Of a stretch of DNA of 64,000 nucleotides, positions 37,976 to 49,246 are shown in pieces (the stretch's first letter is position 1; every line of letters begins with the position of its first letter). The position numbers and the translations under genes are program-made. The DNA comes from Octopus sinensis. Its lineage: Eukaryota. The notes below the pieces were generated by a model that was given only the letters and a program-made list of their open reading frames with translations, was not told the origin of the DNA and did not search any database. The DNA lies in contig NW_021824851.1 in NCBI RefSeq assembly GCF_006345805.1, positions 18,992-82,991 on the forward strand, written 5' to 3'.

Positions 37976-38740
37976 AACCTCTTTCAATCCTTCAGGTGCA
38001 CTTGGCACCCTTCTGGGTGTTGTGCCACGAGCACCAATCACCATGCGTATAATTGGTGTCTTAGTCTTCCACAGTTTCTTCAGCTCTCTAGCAAGCTCCT
38101 GATATTCTTCACTTTGAAAAGAAAATTTCTTTAGTATCAACTTCTATTTCAGACAATCACAAAACCTATGATCTTACACTGCTTATTTTGTCCTCTCTAA
38201 TAAACATATATGGTCTTACTACTTCAGTAGTATGGTCTGTCTTTATGGGAAATTCCAAAAGTTCTTGCAGTTCTCATTTTCAGTCACGACCCCTGGTTTA
38301 GACTCATACCATTTTCCGGTTATTTTGAAGCAAAACACTCAGCTAACAGCCCAATACACTCTTCTACCTACCCAATGTGTCTGTGCTTATACTCCTTTTG
38401 TGCTAGTGCACTGCACTCACTCAAGAGGTGACTGATACTTTCATCTCCTTTCCTACAGATTCCACATTAGTTGTCTGACTGAGTTTCATTGCTCTTTGCC
38501 TTTATAAGATTCATTTAAATGGCTTGTTCCTAAGCAGTCATAATTAGTTTATTGGTCTCTTGTTTCATGTTCTTGGTAACAAAAGGGTTAAACTCCCAAC
38601 ACTAAACATAAAACCACATCACTTCTTTCTCTACTATACTCCCACTCCTTCAATGAGGGCTCTTTTCTCCTTTGATTTATATGGTAACCTCACTAACGTT
38701 GGTGTCATGAAAAAGATATACAGTACTCTTTACAAAGGGA
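37975..38740 (-). mobile_element. Degraded RLE-type (R4/Dong-like) non-LTR retrotransposon C-terminal fragment
   Basis: Minus strand CGICRKGDESISHLLSECSALAQKEYKH (CCHC knuckle), KWYESKPGVVTENENCKNFWNFP, EYQELARELKKLWKTK..IRMVIGARGT (RLE tail). Confidence 0.8.
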
Positions 38741-38805
38741 CTGTCATATATATATAGACAGGTATGTTCGATTTTTAGTGCCCTCAAATTTAAACTTAAC
38801 GAAAT

Positions 38806-38888
38806 CTTGGGCTGATGACAGGAATGTTGGAATAGGTATGTATTTCTAGCATCTCTATATCTAACTGACCCAGAAACGCGTTCTCAAG
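38806..38888 (+). ncRNA. Type-I hammerhead-like motif with extended stem II
   Basis: CTTGGG-CTGATGA-[54 nt including hairpin ATGTTGGAATA/TATTTCTAGCAT]-GAAA-CGCG-TT-CTCAAG: 6-bp stem I, palindromic stem III ACGCGU; base of stem II mismatched. Confidence 0.5.
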
Positions 38889-39158
38889 TAATCGATTTAC
38901 AAGTGATCTTTCGTTAGTTTTCCCTCTATGCCTACGTGAATTGTTTTTGAGTATACATTGTCTGGGAGACTCTTCTTATATTAGAGGAAATAGCTAAATT
39001 CTTTGGCTGCTATTTCTAAAAGTTCGGTGTGTGGTAAAGTAAATTTTTTTGCTGAACTCTAATTATATAAAGTAATATATATATATATATATAAAACTTA
39101 CTGGGAGAACAGAAAGGAAACGAAATGAAATGACGCGAGGGCACTCAGTCATGCAATA

Positions 39159-39512
39159 ATATGATAAATAAAATATATGCATACATACATACATATATGT
39201 ACGTACCTACATCTACATGTATATATACATGCATATATAAAATATATATATGTGAGTACAGGACACCACAAATAAACGTAGAACTCAATGAGAAACGAAA
39301 ACGTAAAAACAAACGTGGAAACAGACTTTTTTTCACAACGATAAAAACAGAGTACAAGACAACTACACATTTTCGTTTCTCATTGAGTTCTACGTCTATT
39401 TGTGGTGTCCTGTACTCACGTATATATATTTTATATATGCATGTATATATACATGTAGATGTAGGCACGTACATATATGTATGTATGTATGCATATATTT
39501 TATTTATCATAT
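39159..39512. repeat. Long inverted repeat, 143-bp arms with 68-bp spacer
   Basis: Arms 39159-39301 and 39370-39512; the same peptide appears in the + and - ORF tracks. Confidence 0.92.
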
Positions 39513-39526
39513 ATATATATATATAT

Positions 39527-39556
<30 letters not shown>

Positions 39557-39557
<1 letters not shown>

Positions 39558-39962
39558 GAATGGAAATTGCAGATGTGTTACCAGTGCCGGTGGCATGTAA
39601 GAGAACCTTCCGTTTCGCGACCGTTGCCAGCACCACCCCGACTGGCCTCTTGCCGATGGCACATAAAAAGCACCATCCGTTCGTGTCCGTTGCCAGCCTC
39701 GCCTGGCCCTCGTGCCAGTGGCACATAAAAAGCACCATCCATTCATGGCCGTTTGCCAGCTCTGTCTGACACCTGTGCTGGTGGCACGTAAAAAGCACCC
39801 ACTACACTCACGGAGTGGTTGGCATTAGGAAGGGCATCCAGCCGTAGAAACACTGCCAGATTTGACTGGGCCTGATGAAGCCTTCTGGCTTCACAGACCC
39901 CAGTAGAACCGTCCAACCCATGCTAGCATGGAAAACGGACGCTAAACGATGATGATGATGAT
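39557..39962 (+). mobile_element. RTE 3' UTR copy (family B)
   Basis: Ends CATGCTAGCATGGAAAACGGACGCTAAAC(GAT)n. Confidence 0.85.
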
Positions 39963-40099
39963 ATATATATATAATACACATACATACACAGACATACATA
40001 CATGGCATAGATACACATCTCAAAAGTGAAAAGAGATCATCAATTTTGAAAGGTTTATTTCTCGTTTCTTCTTTGGCTATTTGTTTGTCAAAGAAGAGG

Positions 40100-40465
40100 T
40101 TTCCTTCAAACTGCTCTGCCATAGTAGCCAAGATGATGAAGACACCTCACAGAAATATTCTGGCTCATCAAAGAATTGCTGTGCAACATCAGCTTCCTTA
40201 GAACGGAGATTATTCTCAACAATCTGCTTGACAGCCCAAAGACACCCTGCCAAAGGGCCCAGGTCGATCTGAGCCAGACAGTTTTTTTTAAAATTTATTT
40301 CCTTTGCTGTTGAATTGTTCAGTCCCTCTGTTGACCATGGCAAGAAGAATGCCATGGTTTCGTGCAGTCTCACCCGGCCTAGCTAGGTCCACTCTCAGAT
40401 TCACCCACAATACACCCTTTTTGGTAATCAGACAAGTCTTTTGCTTCTGATGTTCGTGGTATGGC
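40100..40465 (-). mobile_element. Tc1-like transposase N-terminal (HTH) remnant
   Basis: PRTSEAKDLSDYQKGCIVGESESGPS and CLWAVKQIVENNLRSKEADVAQQ. Confidence 0.65.
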
Positions 40466-41264
40466 TACTTGCTGTAAACCAGTGGTTCCCAAACTTTTCC
40501 AGGCTGCTACCCACTTGGTTCTAAGGCCACATTCCCAGTGCACCCCTACCACCAGCACCACCACAAGCCGTTCAAGAATTTGGACCTGGAGATCTCCATT
40601 TCCAGCGACTTCGAGGGCCACATCCCAGTGGTGTCAGGCGTCAACGAAGAGCCCTCGACTACAACAAGACGGCCTAAGTTTTTTTTGTGTTTTTCCAAGG
40701 TCTGGGGTCTCCCGCCCCTAAGCCCTAGACCATCACCTAATCACCCTTACCCGTCTAGTTGCTTAACAACAACAACAGCAGCGCCACCACCATTCACCAT
40801 CACAGACATAAACCATTTTCTGCAGCAAATTTAAAACAACAAATGAAAGTTAACCTAATTAACTCACAAATGTAACTTAACCTAATTAACTCTTTATTTT
40901 GTTTGTTTTTTTACGCCCATTGCCCCATTTTGGTCACCCCATCATTGCCCTATATTCCTTCAATGCCCCACTGCATCTTTCCAACCCCTCCCTTTCCCCA
41001 GGGATGGTTATTATAAAAATTGTGTGATTCATGAAGCAAAGTATCTGAATATTTTAGAAATATAAGTAAACTTAAATGTAAAACAATGAAAAAATAATAA
41101 TTTTCTATTTTCCTTGGCGTCTGAAATTATATCTAACTTCTTGAAGATGTTTTTTAAATCCAGAAATTTAAATAACCTGCTTAAAATTCAGACAGCCCCT
41201 GTATAACATTCATGGTTCATTCCTCATTCCAGAGACCTCAAAACAATCTTTTGATATGTCTTTG

Positions 41265-41865
41265 TATCATATTGCGAAGTTTGTTAAATGAGATACTTCT
41301 TGGAAGATCATATTGGCTGTTATGTTCTCCAAGAAGAGAATTAATGCATTCGAGCTTTGGTGTTGGAGAAGACTTTTACGGATTCCATGGACAGCGAGGC
41401 TCACCAATGGAGAAGTTCTTAAGCAGATCAGGCTGAAAATGTCGCTAGAAGCTAGGATCACCAAGCATAGATTGGCATATTTTAGTCATATTATGCGGAG
41501 AAAATCTCCGGAAAAGGACATCATGCTCGGAATGGTCAATGGCAAGAGAGGAAAAGGCTGACCAATGGAGAGTTCTTAAGCAGATCAGGCCGAAAATGTC
41601 GCTAGAAGCTAGGATCACCAAGCATAGATTAGCATATTTCGGTCATATTATGCAGAGAAAATCCCTGGTGAAGGACATCATGCTCGGAATGGTCAGTGGC
41701 AAGAGAGGAAGAGGCCGACCAAGAACCCGCTGGCTTGACACCATCAAGAGTGATACCGGAATGGACATAGCCAATCTGAAAGAAGCGGCCCAGGATAGAA
41801 CTGACTGGAGGACACTGATCCAACGAGTGACCGAGAGTCGACTTCGACTGAGCGGATAGAGAGAG
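41265..41865 (+). mobile_element. BovB-like RTE LINE 3' fragment with ~158-bp internal tandem duplication
   Basis: RINAFELWCWRRLLRIPWTAR..YFGHIM..MLGMVSGKRGRGRPRTRWLD..AQDRTDWR..VTESRLRLSG*. Confidence 0.85.
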
Positions 41866-42284
41866 GGTTCTCCAAGTAACATAAGGAACCCTTTATACTA
41901 TCATTTTTACCATTTTCAATTCCTGTCTCCCATTGTATTCTTAGCAATTTTGGCATTATCACTAGAACATGATAGAATTCGTGCTGTTTCGAGCATAATA
42001 AGAGTAAAACGAACCAATCCCTAGATTTTATATCTGCCATGCACAACCATACATTGCATGGGCCATGGTTGGTAAGGGTCGTGAATGATGTGGATTAGCA
42101 CCAGTATGGGCTGAAGCTGTAAATCTCATTTCAGAGATTCTTTAGGCCACCAGCTTCGATGTTGAACGACTGGAACAGATTAACCTCCAAAATTAATTAC
42201 TTTTGCTGTTAGATGGAACTCTTACTGCCCAAAGCTCTTTGAGCAAATGGAGATAACATCAACATCACTTCCTAACAACATCCT

Positions 42285-44010
42285 CTTTTACTCTTTTACT
42301 CGTTTCAGTCATTTGACTGTGACCATGCTGGAGCACTACCTTTAGTCGAGCAAATCGACCCCAGGACTTATTCTTTGTAAGCCTAATACTTATTCTATCG
42401 GCCTCTTTTGCTGAACCGCTAAGTTACGGGGGATGTAAACACCCAAGCATCGGTTGTCAAGCAATGCTTGGGGGACAAACACGGACATACAAACACACAC
42501 ACGCATATACATATATACATATATACGACGGGCTTCTTTCAGTTCCCATCTACTAAATCCACTCACAAGGCTTTGGTCGGTCCGAGGCTATTGTAGACAC
42601 TTGCCCGAGGTGCCACACAGTGAGACTGAACACAGAACCATGTGGTTGGTAAGCAAGCTACTTACCACACAGCCACTCTCATATATATGACGGGCTTCTT
42701 TCAGTTTCCGTCTATCAAATCCACTCACAAGGCTTTGGTCGGCCCGAGGCTATAGTAGACACTTGCCCGAGGTGCCACACAGTGAGACTGAACACAGAAC
42801 CATGTGGTTGGTAAGCAAGCTACTTACCACACAGCCGCTCTCATATATACGACGGGCTTCTTTCAGTTTCCGTCTACCAAATCCACTCACAAGGCTTTGG
42901 TCGGCCCGAGGCTATAGTAGAAGACACTTGCCCGAGGTGCCACGCAGTGGGACTGAACCCAGAACCATGTGGTTGGTAAGCAAGCTACTTACCACACAGC
43001 CACTCTCATATATATGACGGGCTTCTTTCAGTTTCCGTCTACCAAATCCACTCACAAGGCTTTGGTCGGCCCGAGGCTATAGCAGAAGACACTTGCCCGA
43101 GGTGCCACGCAGTGGGACTGAACCCAGAACCATGTGGTTGGTAAGCAAGCTACTTACCACACAGCCGCTCTCATATATACGACGGGCTTCTTTCAGTTTC
43201 CGTCTACCAAATCCACTCACAAGGCTTTGGTCGGCCCGAGGCTATAGTAGAAGACACTTGCCCGAGGTGCCACGCAGTGGGACTGAACCCAGAACCATGT
43301 GGTTGGTAAGCAAGCTACTTACCACACAGCCGCTCTCATATATACGACGGGCTTCTTTCAGTTTCCGTCTACCAAATCCACTCACAAGGCTTTGGTCGGC
43401 CCGAGGCTATAGTAGAAGACACTTGCCCGAGGTGCCACGCAGTGGGACTGAACCAGAACCATGTGGTTGGTAAGCAAGCTACTTACCACACAGCCGCTCT
43501 CAATATACGACGGGCTTCTTTCAGTTTCCGTCTACCAAATCCACTCACAAGGCTTTGGTCGGCCCGAGGCTCGAGGCTATAGCAGAAGACACTTGCCCGA
43601 GGTGCCACGCAGTGGGACTGAACCCAGAACCATGTGGTTGGTAAGCAAGCTACTTACCACACAGCCGCTCTCATATATACGACGGGCTTCTTTCAGTTTC
43701 CGTCTACCAAATCCACTCACAAGGCTTTGGTCGGCCCGAGGCTATAGTAGAAGACACTTGCCCGAGGTGCCACGCAGTGGGACTGAACCCAGAACCATGT
43801 GGTTGGTAAGCAAGCTACTTACCACACAGCCACTCTCATATATACGACGGGCTTCTTTCAGTTTCCGTCTACCAAATCCACTCACAAGGCTTTGGTCGGC
43901 CCGAGGCTATAGTAGAAGACACTTGGCCAAGGTGCCATGCAGTGGGACTGAACCCAGAACCATGTGGTTGGTAAGCAAGCTACTTACCACACAGCCACTC
44001 CTGCGCCCAT
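42285..44010 (-). repeat. SINE family A-derived satellite: one tail plus nine tandem ~165-bp head+core units
   Basis: Units start at about 42518, 42679, 42841, 43006, 43171, 43336, 43500, 43671 and 43836. Confidence 0.92.
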
Positions 44011-44069
44011 AAAAAATTTAAAAAAAGATTTTATGCAAAGATAAATTGTTGATGACATTTGATGGGGAC

Positions 44070-44345
44070 CAGAGATAATTTTTGTTGATGTTTCTGTTAA
44101 AACAGGAAAATCTGATTTGATCAAACTTAACTTTGGCACGATTTTGTTTACTCAAGCAGATTTCAGTTGCAGTGGCTTCATCTGAAATGATTGCGACTTT
44201 GTTCACAGGTGGCAGCACTGTTCATTCTGCTTCTAACATGCCTATTAACTGCACAGACAACAGCAGCTCAGAAAGCAAGACTGGAGAAGAATTTGAAGCA
44301 AGTCTGGCTTAAAGTATGATGGTAGAGTGTCACACATGTTAACAA
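44070..44345 (+). mobile_element. Degraded Helitron helicase N-terminal motif fragment
   Basis: FVDVSVKTGKSDLI / KQISVAVASSEMIATLFTGGSTVHSASNMPIN resembles FLDAPGGTGKT..AVASSGIAATLL.GGRTAHS. Confidence 0.6.
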
Positions 44346-44769
44346 GGCTCTCCATTACACACTCCATGTAGTGGACAAGTTTATGTGTGGACAGTTACAG
44401 TTTTACTTAGATTGATGGGTCTTCAAATGCACAGCAAATCACCAGAAGTCTCAGTCCCCTGTCATCTCTTCTGTGAGGCCTATTACCTGAACATCCTTTC
44501 TCATGTGTATATATGTATATGTGTGTTTGTGTGTATATATAGGTATATGTATGCGTGTGTATGTGTGTATATATAAGAAGCACCTAGCACCCTCTGTGAA
44601 GTGGTTGGCATTAGGAAAGGTATCCAACCATAGAAAGCATGCCATAACAGATAATTGGAGACTGGGCAGCTACTTAGCTGGCCAGCTCTTGTTAAACTGT
44701 CTGACCCATCCTAGCATGGAAAACAGACATCAAACACTGATGATATGTACACACACACATATATATCTC

Positions 44770-45187
44770 TTTTACTCTCTTTTTTTCTTTACTCTTTTAC
44801 TTGTTTCAGTCATCTGACTGTGGCCGTGCTGGAGCACCGCCTTTAGTCAAGAAAATCGATCGCAGAACTTATTCTTTGTAAGCCCAGTACTTATTCTATC
44901 GGTTGTCTTTTGCCGAACTGCTAAGTTACAGGGATGTAAACACACCAGCATCAGTTGTCAAGCGATGTTGGGGAGACAAACACAGACACACACACACACA
45001 CACACACATATACATATATATACGACGGGCTTCTTTCATTTCCTGTCTACCAAATCCATTCACAAGGCTTTGGTTGGCCCGAGGCTATAGTAGAAGACAC
45101 TTGCCCAAGGTGCCATGCAGTGGGACTGAACCCGGCACCATGTGGTTGGTAAGCAAGCTACATAACACACAGCCACTCCTACACCTA
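44770..45187 (-). mobile_element. SINE family A (head half duplicated at about 52047-52212)
   Basis: Full copy; contains the left breakpoint of the 7-kb duplication. Confidence 0.85.
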
Positions 45188-45205
45188 TGTAAATATGTAT
45201 GTATG

Positions 45206-45254
<49 letters not shown>

Positions 45255-45256
<2 letters not shown>

Positions 45257-46160
45257 TCCCATAGGTTAGGCAAAATTTAGGTATTTATTTATAGCTACTA
45301 ATAACTATTTCTCTCCCAAGGAAGGAAGAAATGGCTGCCGGCCGATTCTTGGTGGGCCACGACCCCCCGTTCCTCTTCAATTGTCTTATATCTTCGATCG
45401 CCATTCGCCCCCTCTCTCCGCCACCCTATATGCATATAAACCAGCGACTGATTTCAACGGCCTCACTTGAATTCAGACTGGTATCCGACTCCCTACGAAA
45501 ATACGAAATACGAAATATGAATCCAAGCTAAGCAATCTATATTTAATTTCAAACCGTGTACCTACTTAACTATCTGCAACTGATCTGATCTTTTAGTTAG
45601 CCCTGTTTTATCTCTATTAGTATTATTGTTATGACTTGTGAAATTTAGCCTCACGCCTTGTGTCTTTTTTATACGTACATATAATTCTATAGTTCATCTT
45701 AATTATATATCGTTGTCTCATGTCTTGTGTTAAATATATATTTAATCTTAAAGCTTGCCCCTAATTTTATTTTATTTTATCGATCAGTCTCACGCCTCGT
45801 AGATATAGATAAAATGTATTTATAATTATAGCTCCTATCGTCACGCTTCTCCCATAGGTTAGGCAAAATTTAGGTAGTTATTTATAGCTACTAATAACTA
45901 TTCTCTCCCACCCCAAGGAAGGAAGAAATGGCGCCGCCCGGTTTTCGCGGTGCACCCGCCCTCCCCCCCACCACCGGTACAGGAAGTCCTAAATTTTTCT
46001 CATCCTTGTCTCCTTATACACTCAAAGTCTTACGCCACCCCACCTCCTTCCATAAAAGGTAGTGTTCAGTCATTGCAAGATTGTTTAGTGTTGTATACGA
46101 GGTTTGAACTTAAGTTCCATTGTTTGTCTATGAATACTACCAAACGCGAGTTTTCTTTCA
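45255..46160. other. Unclassified element directly 5' of the RTE ORF, with an ~85-bp direct repeat at ~590-bp spacing
   Basis: TTCTCCCATAGGTTAGGCAAAATTTAGG..GAAGGAAGAAATGGC at 45255 and 45847; starts right after (TA)n. Confidence 0.5.
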
Positions 46161-46164
46161 GGTA

Positions 46165-49100
46165 CATGACGCTATTAGGACCAATACCACTTCCACCCCC
46201 ACCCACAGCCTCAGGGTTGGCACCCTCAACGTCGGCACACTGAAAGGCAGATCTGGCGAGATAGTTGAATTGCTTGAACGGAGGTGGGTTGATATATGCT
46301 GCATTCAAGAAGTGAGGTGGAGAGGAGGTTCTGCTAGGTTCCTCACAGGCAAAGGACAGAGGTACAAGATTTTCTGGGCTGGGAATACTGACGGAGTCGG
46401 GGGGGTGTGGGCATGCTTATCGCCGAAAAAAAAATGGGTAGATAAGGTAATCGAGGTAGTCAGAGTAAGTGACAGAATAATTAAGATTAGATTAGTGCTC
46501 CACCATAGTTTAGCAACTATTATATCGGCCTATGCCCCTCAGCAGGGCTACCTGATGGACAGAAAGACTGTTTCTATGACACCCTACTGCAGACCACATC
46601 ATTGACGAACGACAGAGACCTTCTCTTGTGGCTGGTGACTTCAATGGGCATGTTGGACGACGTGCTGGGGGCTTCCATGGCGTGCATGGAGGTACGGTTA
46701 TGGTTCCCGCAACGAGGAGGGAACCAGGCTGCTGGAGTTCTGCGATGCGAATAGTCTTATGATTTGCAACACTAACTTCAGGAAACCGACAAGCCACCTG
46801 GTCACCTACCGATCGGGCCGGCCATACTAGCCAAATCGACTACATCCTTGCCAGAAAAAGGGAAAGATGGCTGCTTATAAATGCCAAAACCTTCCCAAGT
46901 GAAGAATGCACCCCACAACATAGACTGGTAGTTAGTGACTTTAGGATCAGGACTAAGAGGGCGACTAGAAGACGACCAACATGGAGAAGAAGGGTCTGGA
47001 AGCTTAAAGACCCTGCGAATGGACAGAGATTTAGAGATATGTTATTTGAAGCTTTAGACGAAATGGAAGGGAGTATAGCTACGCATGGGGTAGAAGACAA
47101 CTGGACGCTTCTGAGGGACAACCTGCTGAAAGCCGCTGACCAGATCTGTGGCTGGTGCAAAGTCCCCTTAAGACCCAAATAACGTGGTGGTGGAACAATA
47201 TTGTTGACAGGGCTATTAGACAAAAGAAACAGGCTTGGAAGGCCTGGAAGAACGGTGGTAGCAGGGAAGTGTATCAGTCTGCCAGAAGGGAAGCCAGGAG
47301 ACAGGTCTATTAGCCAGAGGGGAAGCAGAGAAGGAAAAATTTGCCAATGTCCTGCGTCGTGAGGATGAAAGACTTGAGGTATTTCGTGTTGCAAGACAGT
47401 GTGTGAGAGAGAATCGTGACGTGGTAGGAGAGAAATGTGTCGCAAGGAGGACGGTTCACTTGCACTTAATGAGGGTGCAAAGAGAGAGACTTGGAGACGC
47501 CACTATGATAGGTTGCTGAATGAAGAAAATGAATGGGATAAAGAGAGTCTGCCGAATGTCGACCCAACAGAGGGACCAGCAATCCGAGTTAACAGTTCCT
47601 TAGTAGATAAGGCAATAGAAGCATGAAAACAGGGAAAGCCCCAGGCCCATCAGGAATTACTGCAGAGAGATGCTCAAAATATCTGGTGGTGTCGGCTATA
47701 GCTTAGTCACCCGTATAGTTAACCAGGTGATACACAAGGGGGTCATACCCAATGACTGGTGTGTAGCAGCATAATAGTCAACTGCTACAAAGGTAAAGGC
47801 GACGCCCTAGAGACAAATAACTACAGGGGCATCAAGCTGCTGGATCAGGTAATGAAGGTTACGGAGAGGGTTGTAGCCCAACTAATTAGAGAGAGAGTTA
47901 CCTTAGATGATATGCAGTTTGGGTTCGTGCCAGGGAAAAGTACTACTGATGCTATATTCCTGGTAAGACAGCTGCAGGAGAAATACCTAGCCAAAGATAA
48001 GCCCTTGTACCTGGCTTTTGTTGACTTGGAGAAAGCCTTTGACAGGGTCCCCCGGTCCCTTATCTGGTGGTCAATGAGGAAAACTAGGGATAGAAGAATG
48101 GTTGGTGAGAGCTGTGCAAGCCATGTACAGAGACGCTGCTAGTAAGGTGAGGGTGGGCAACGAGTACAGTGAAGAATTCAGGTAGAGGTGGGGTCCACCA
48201 AGGTTCAGTCCTCAGTCCCCTCCTATTATCATAGTCCTCCAGGCAATAACGGAGGAATTCAAGACAGGTTGCCCCTGGAGAGCTCCTCTATGCTGATGAC
48301 CTTGCTCTAATTGCTGAGTCACTATCAGAACTGGAGAGGAGAAGTTCCAGGTGTGGAAACAAGGATTAGAATCGAAGGGCCTTAGAATCAACCTAGCCAA
48401 AACCAAAGTTCTAATAAGTAGGAAGGTAGATCAATCACAAACGCCTTCAGGTAGATGGCCCTGCTCGATCTGTAAAAAAGGTGTAGGTAGAAACTCTATA
48501 AGATGCACCAAGTGTAAGCTATGGACACATAAGAGGTGCAGCAATGTCAAAGGAAGGCTAACTAGGAAAATAGTTTTTGTCTGTGGCAAATGCTCAGGAG
48601 CAATAAACACTGGAAATATGCAGAGACCAACTTCTGCCACGTTCCAGGGAGACAAACTAGAAGTAGTTGATAGCTTCCGCTACCTAGGAGACCAAGTCAG
48701 TAGCGGGGGTGGGTGTGCTGAAAGTGTAACTGCTAGAGTAAGAATAGCCTGGGCAAAGTTTAGAGAGCTCTTACCCCTGCTGGTGACAAAAGGCCTCTCG
48801 CTCAGAGTAAAAGGCAGACTGTATGATGCATGTGTACGTACAGCCATGCTACATGGTAGTGAAACATGGGCCGTGACTGCTGAGGATATGCGTAAGCTCG
48901 CAAGAAATGAAGCCAGTATGCTCCGATGGATGTGTAATGTCAGTGTTCATAATCGTCAGAGTGTAAGTTCCTTGAGAGAAAAGCTGAACCTAAGAAGCGT
49001 CAGTTGTGGCGTGCAAGAGAGACGGCTGCGCTGGTATGGTCATGTGACAAGAAAGGCTGAAGATAGTTGTGTGCAAAAGTGCTACACCCTAGCAGTGGAG

Positions 49101-49246
49101 GGAACCTGTGGGGAAGAGGTAGACCCAGGAAAACCTGGGACGAGGTGGTGAAGCACGACCTTCGAACTTTAGGTCTCACTAAGGAAATGTCTAGAGACCG
49201 AGACCTATGGAAGTATGCTGTGCATGAGAAGACCCGGCAAGACTAG
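46165..49246 (+). mobile_element. RTE-clade LINE ORF (APE + RT + PHD-type finger), frameshifted in this assembly; copy 1
   Basis: LRVGTLNVGTL..DICCIQEVRW, ISAYAPQ, GDFNGHVG, QIDYIL, HRLVV (APE); NYRGIKLLD, QFGFVPGKSTTDAI, AFVDLEKAFDRV, HQGSVLSP, YADD at 48289-48300, YLG, LRWYGHV (RT); stop TAG at 49244-49246. Confidence 0.95.

Noticed and set aside
40479-40945. CAGTGGTTCCCAAACTTTT hAT-like terminus
   Set aside because: A matching second TIR and 8-bp TSD could not be identified confidently.
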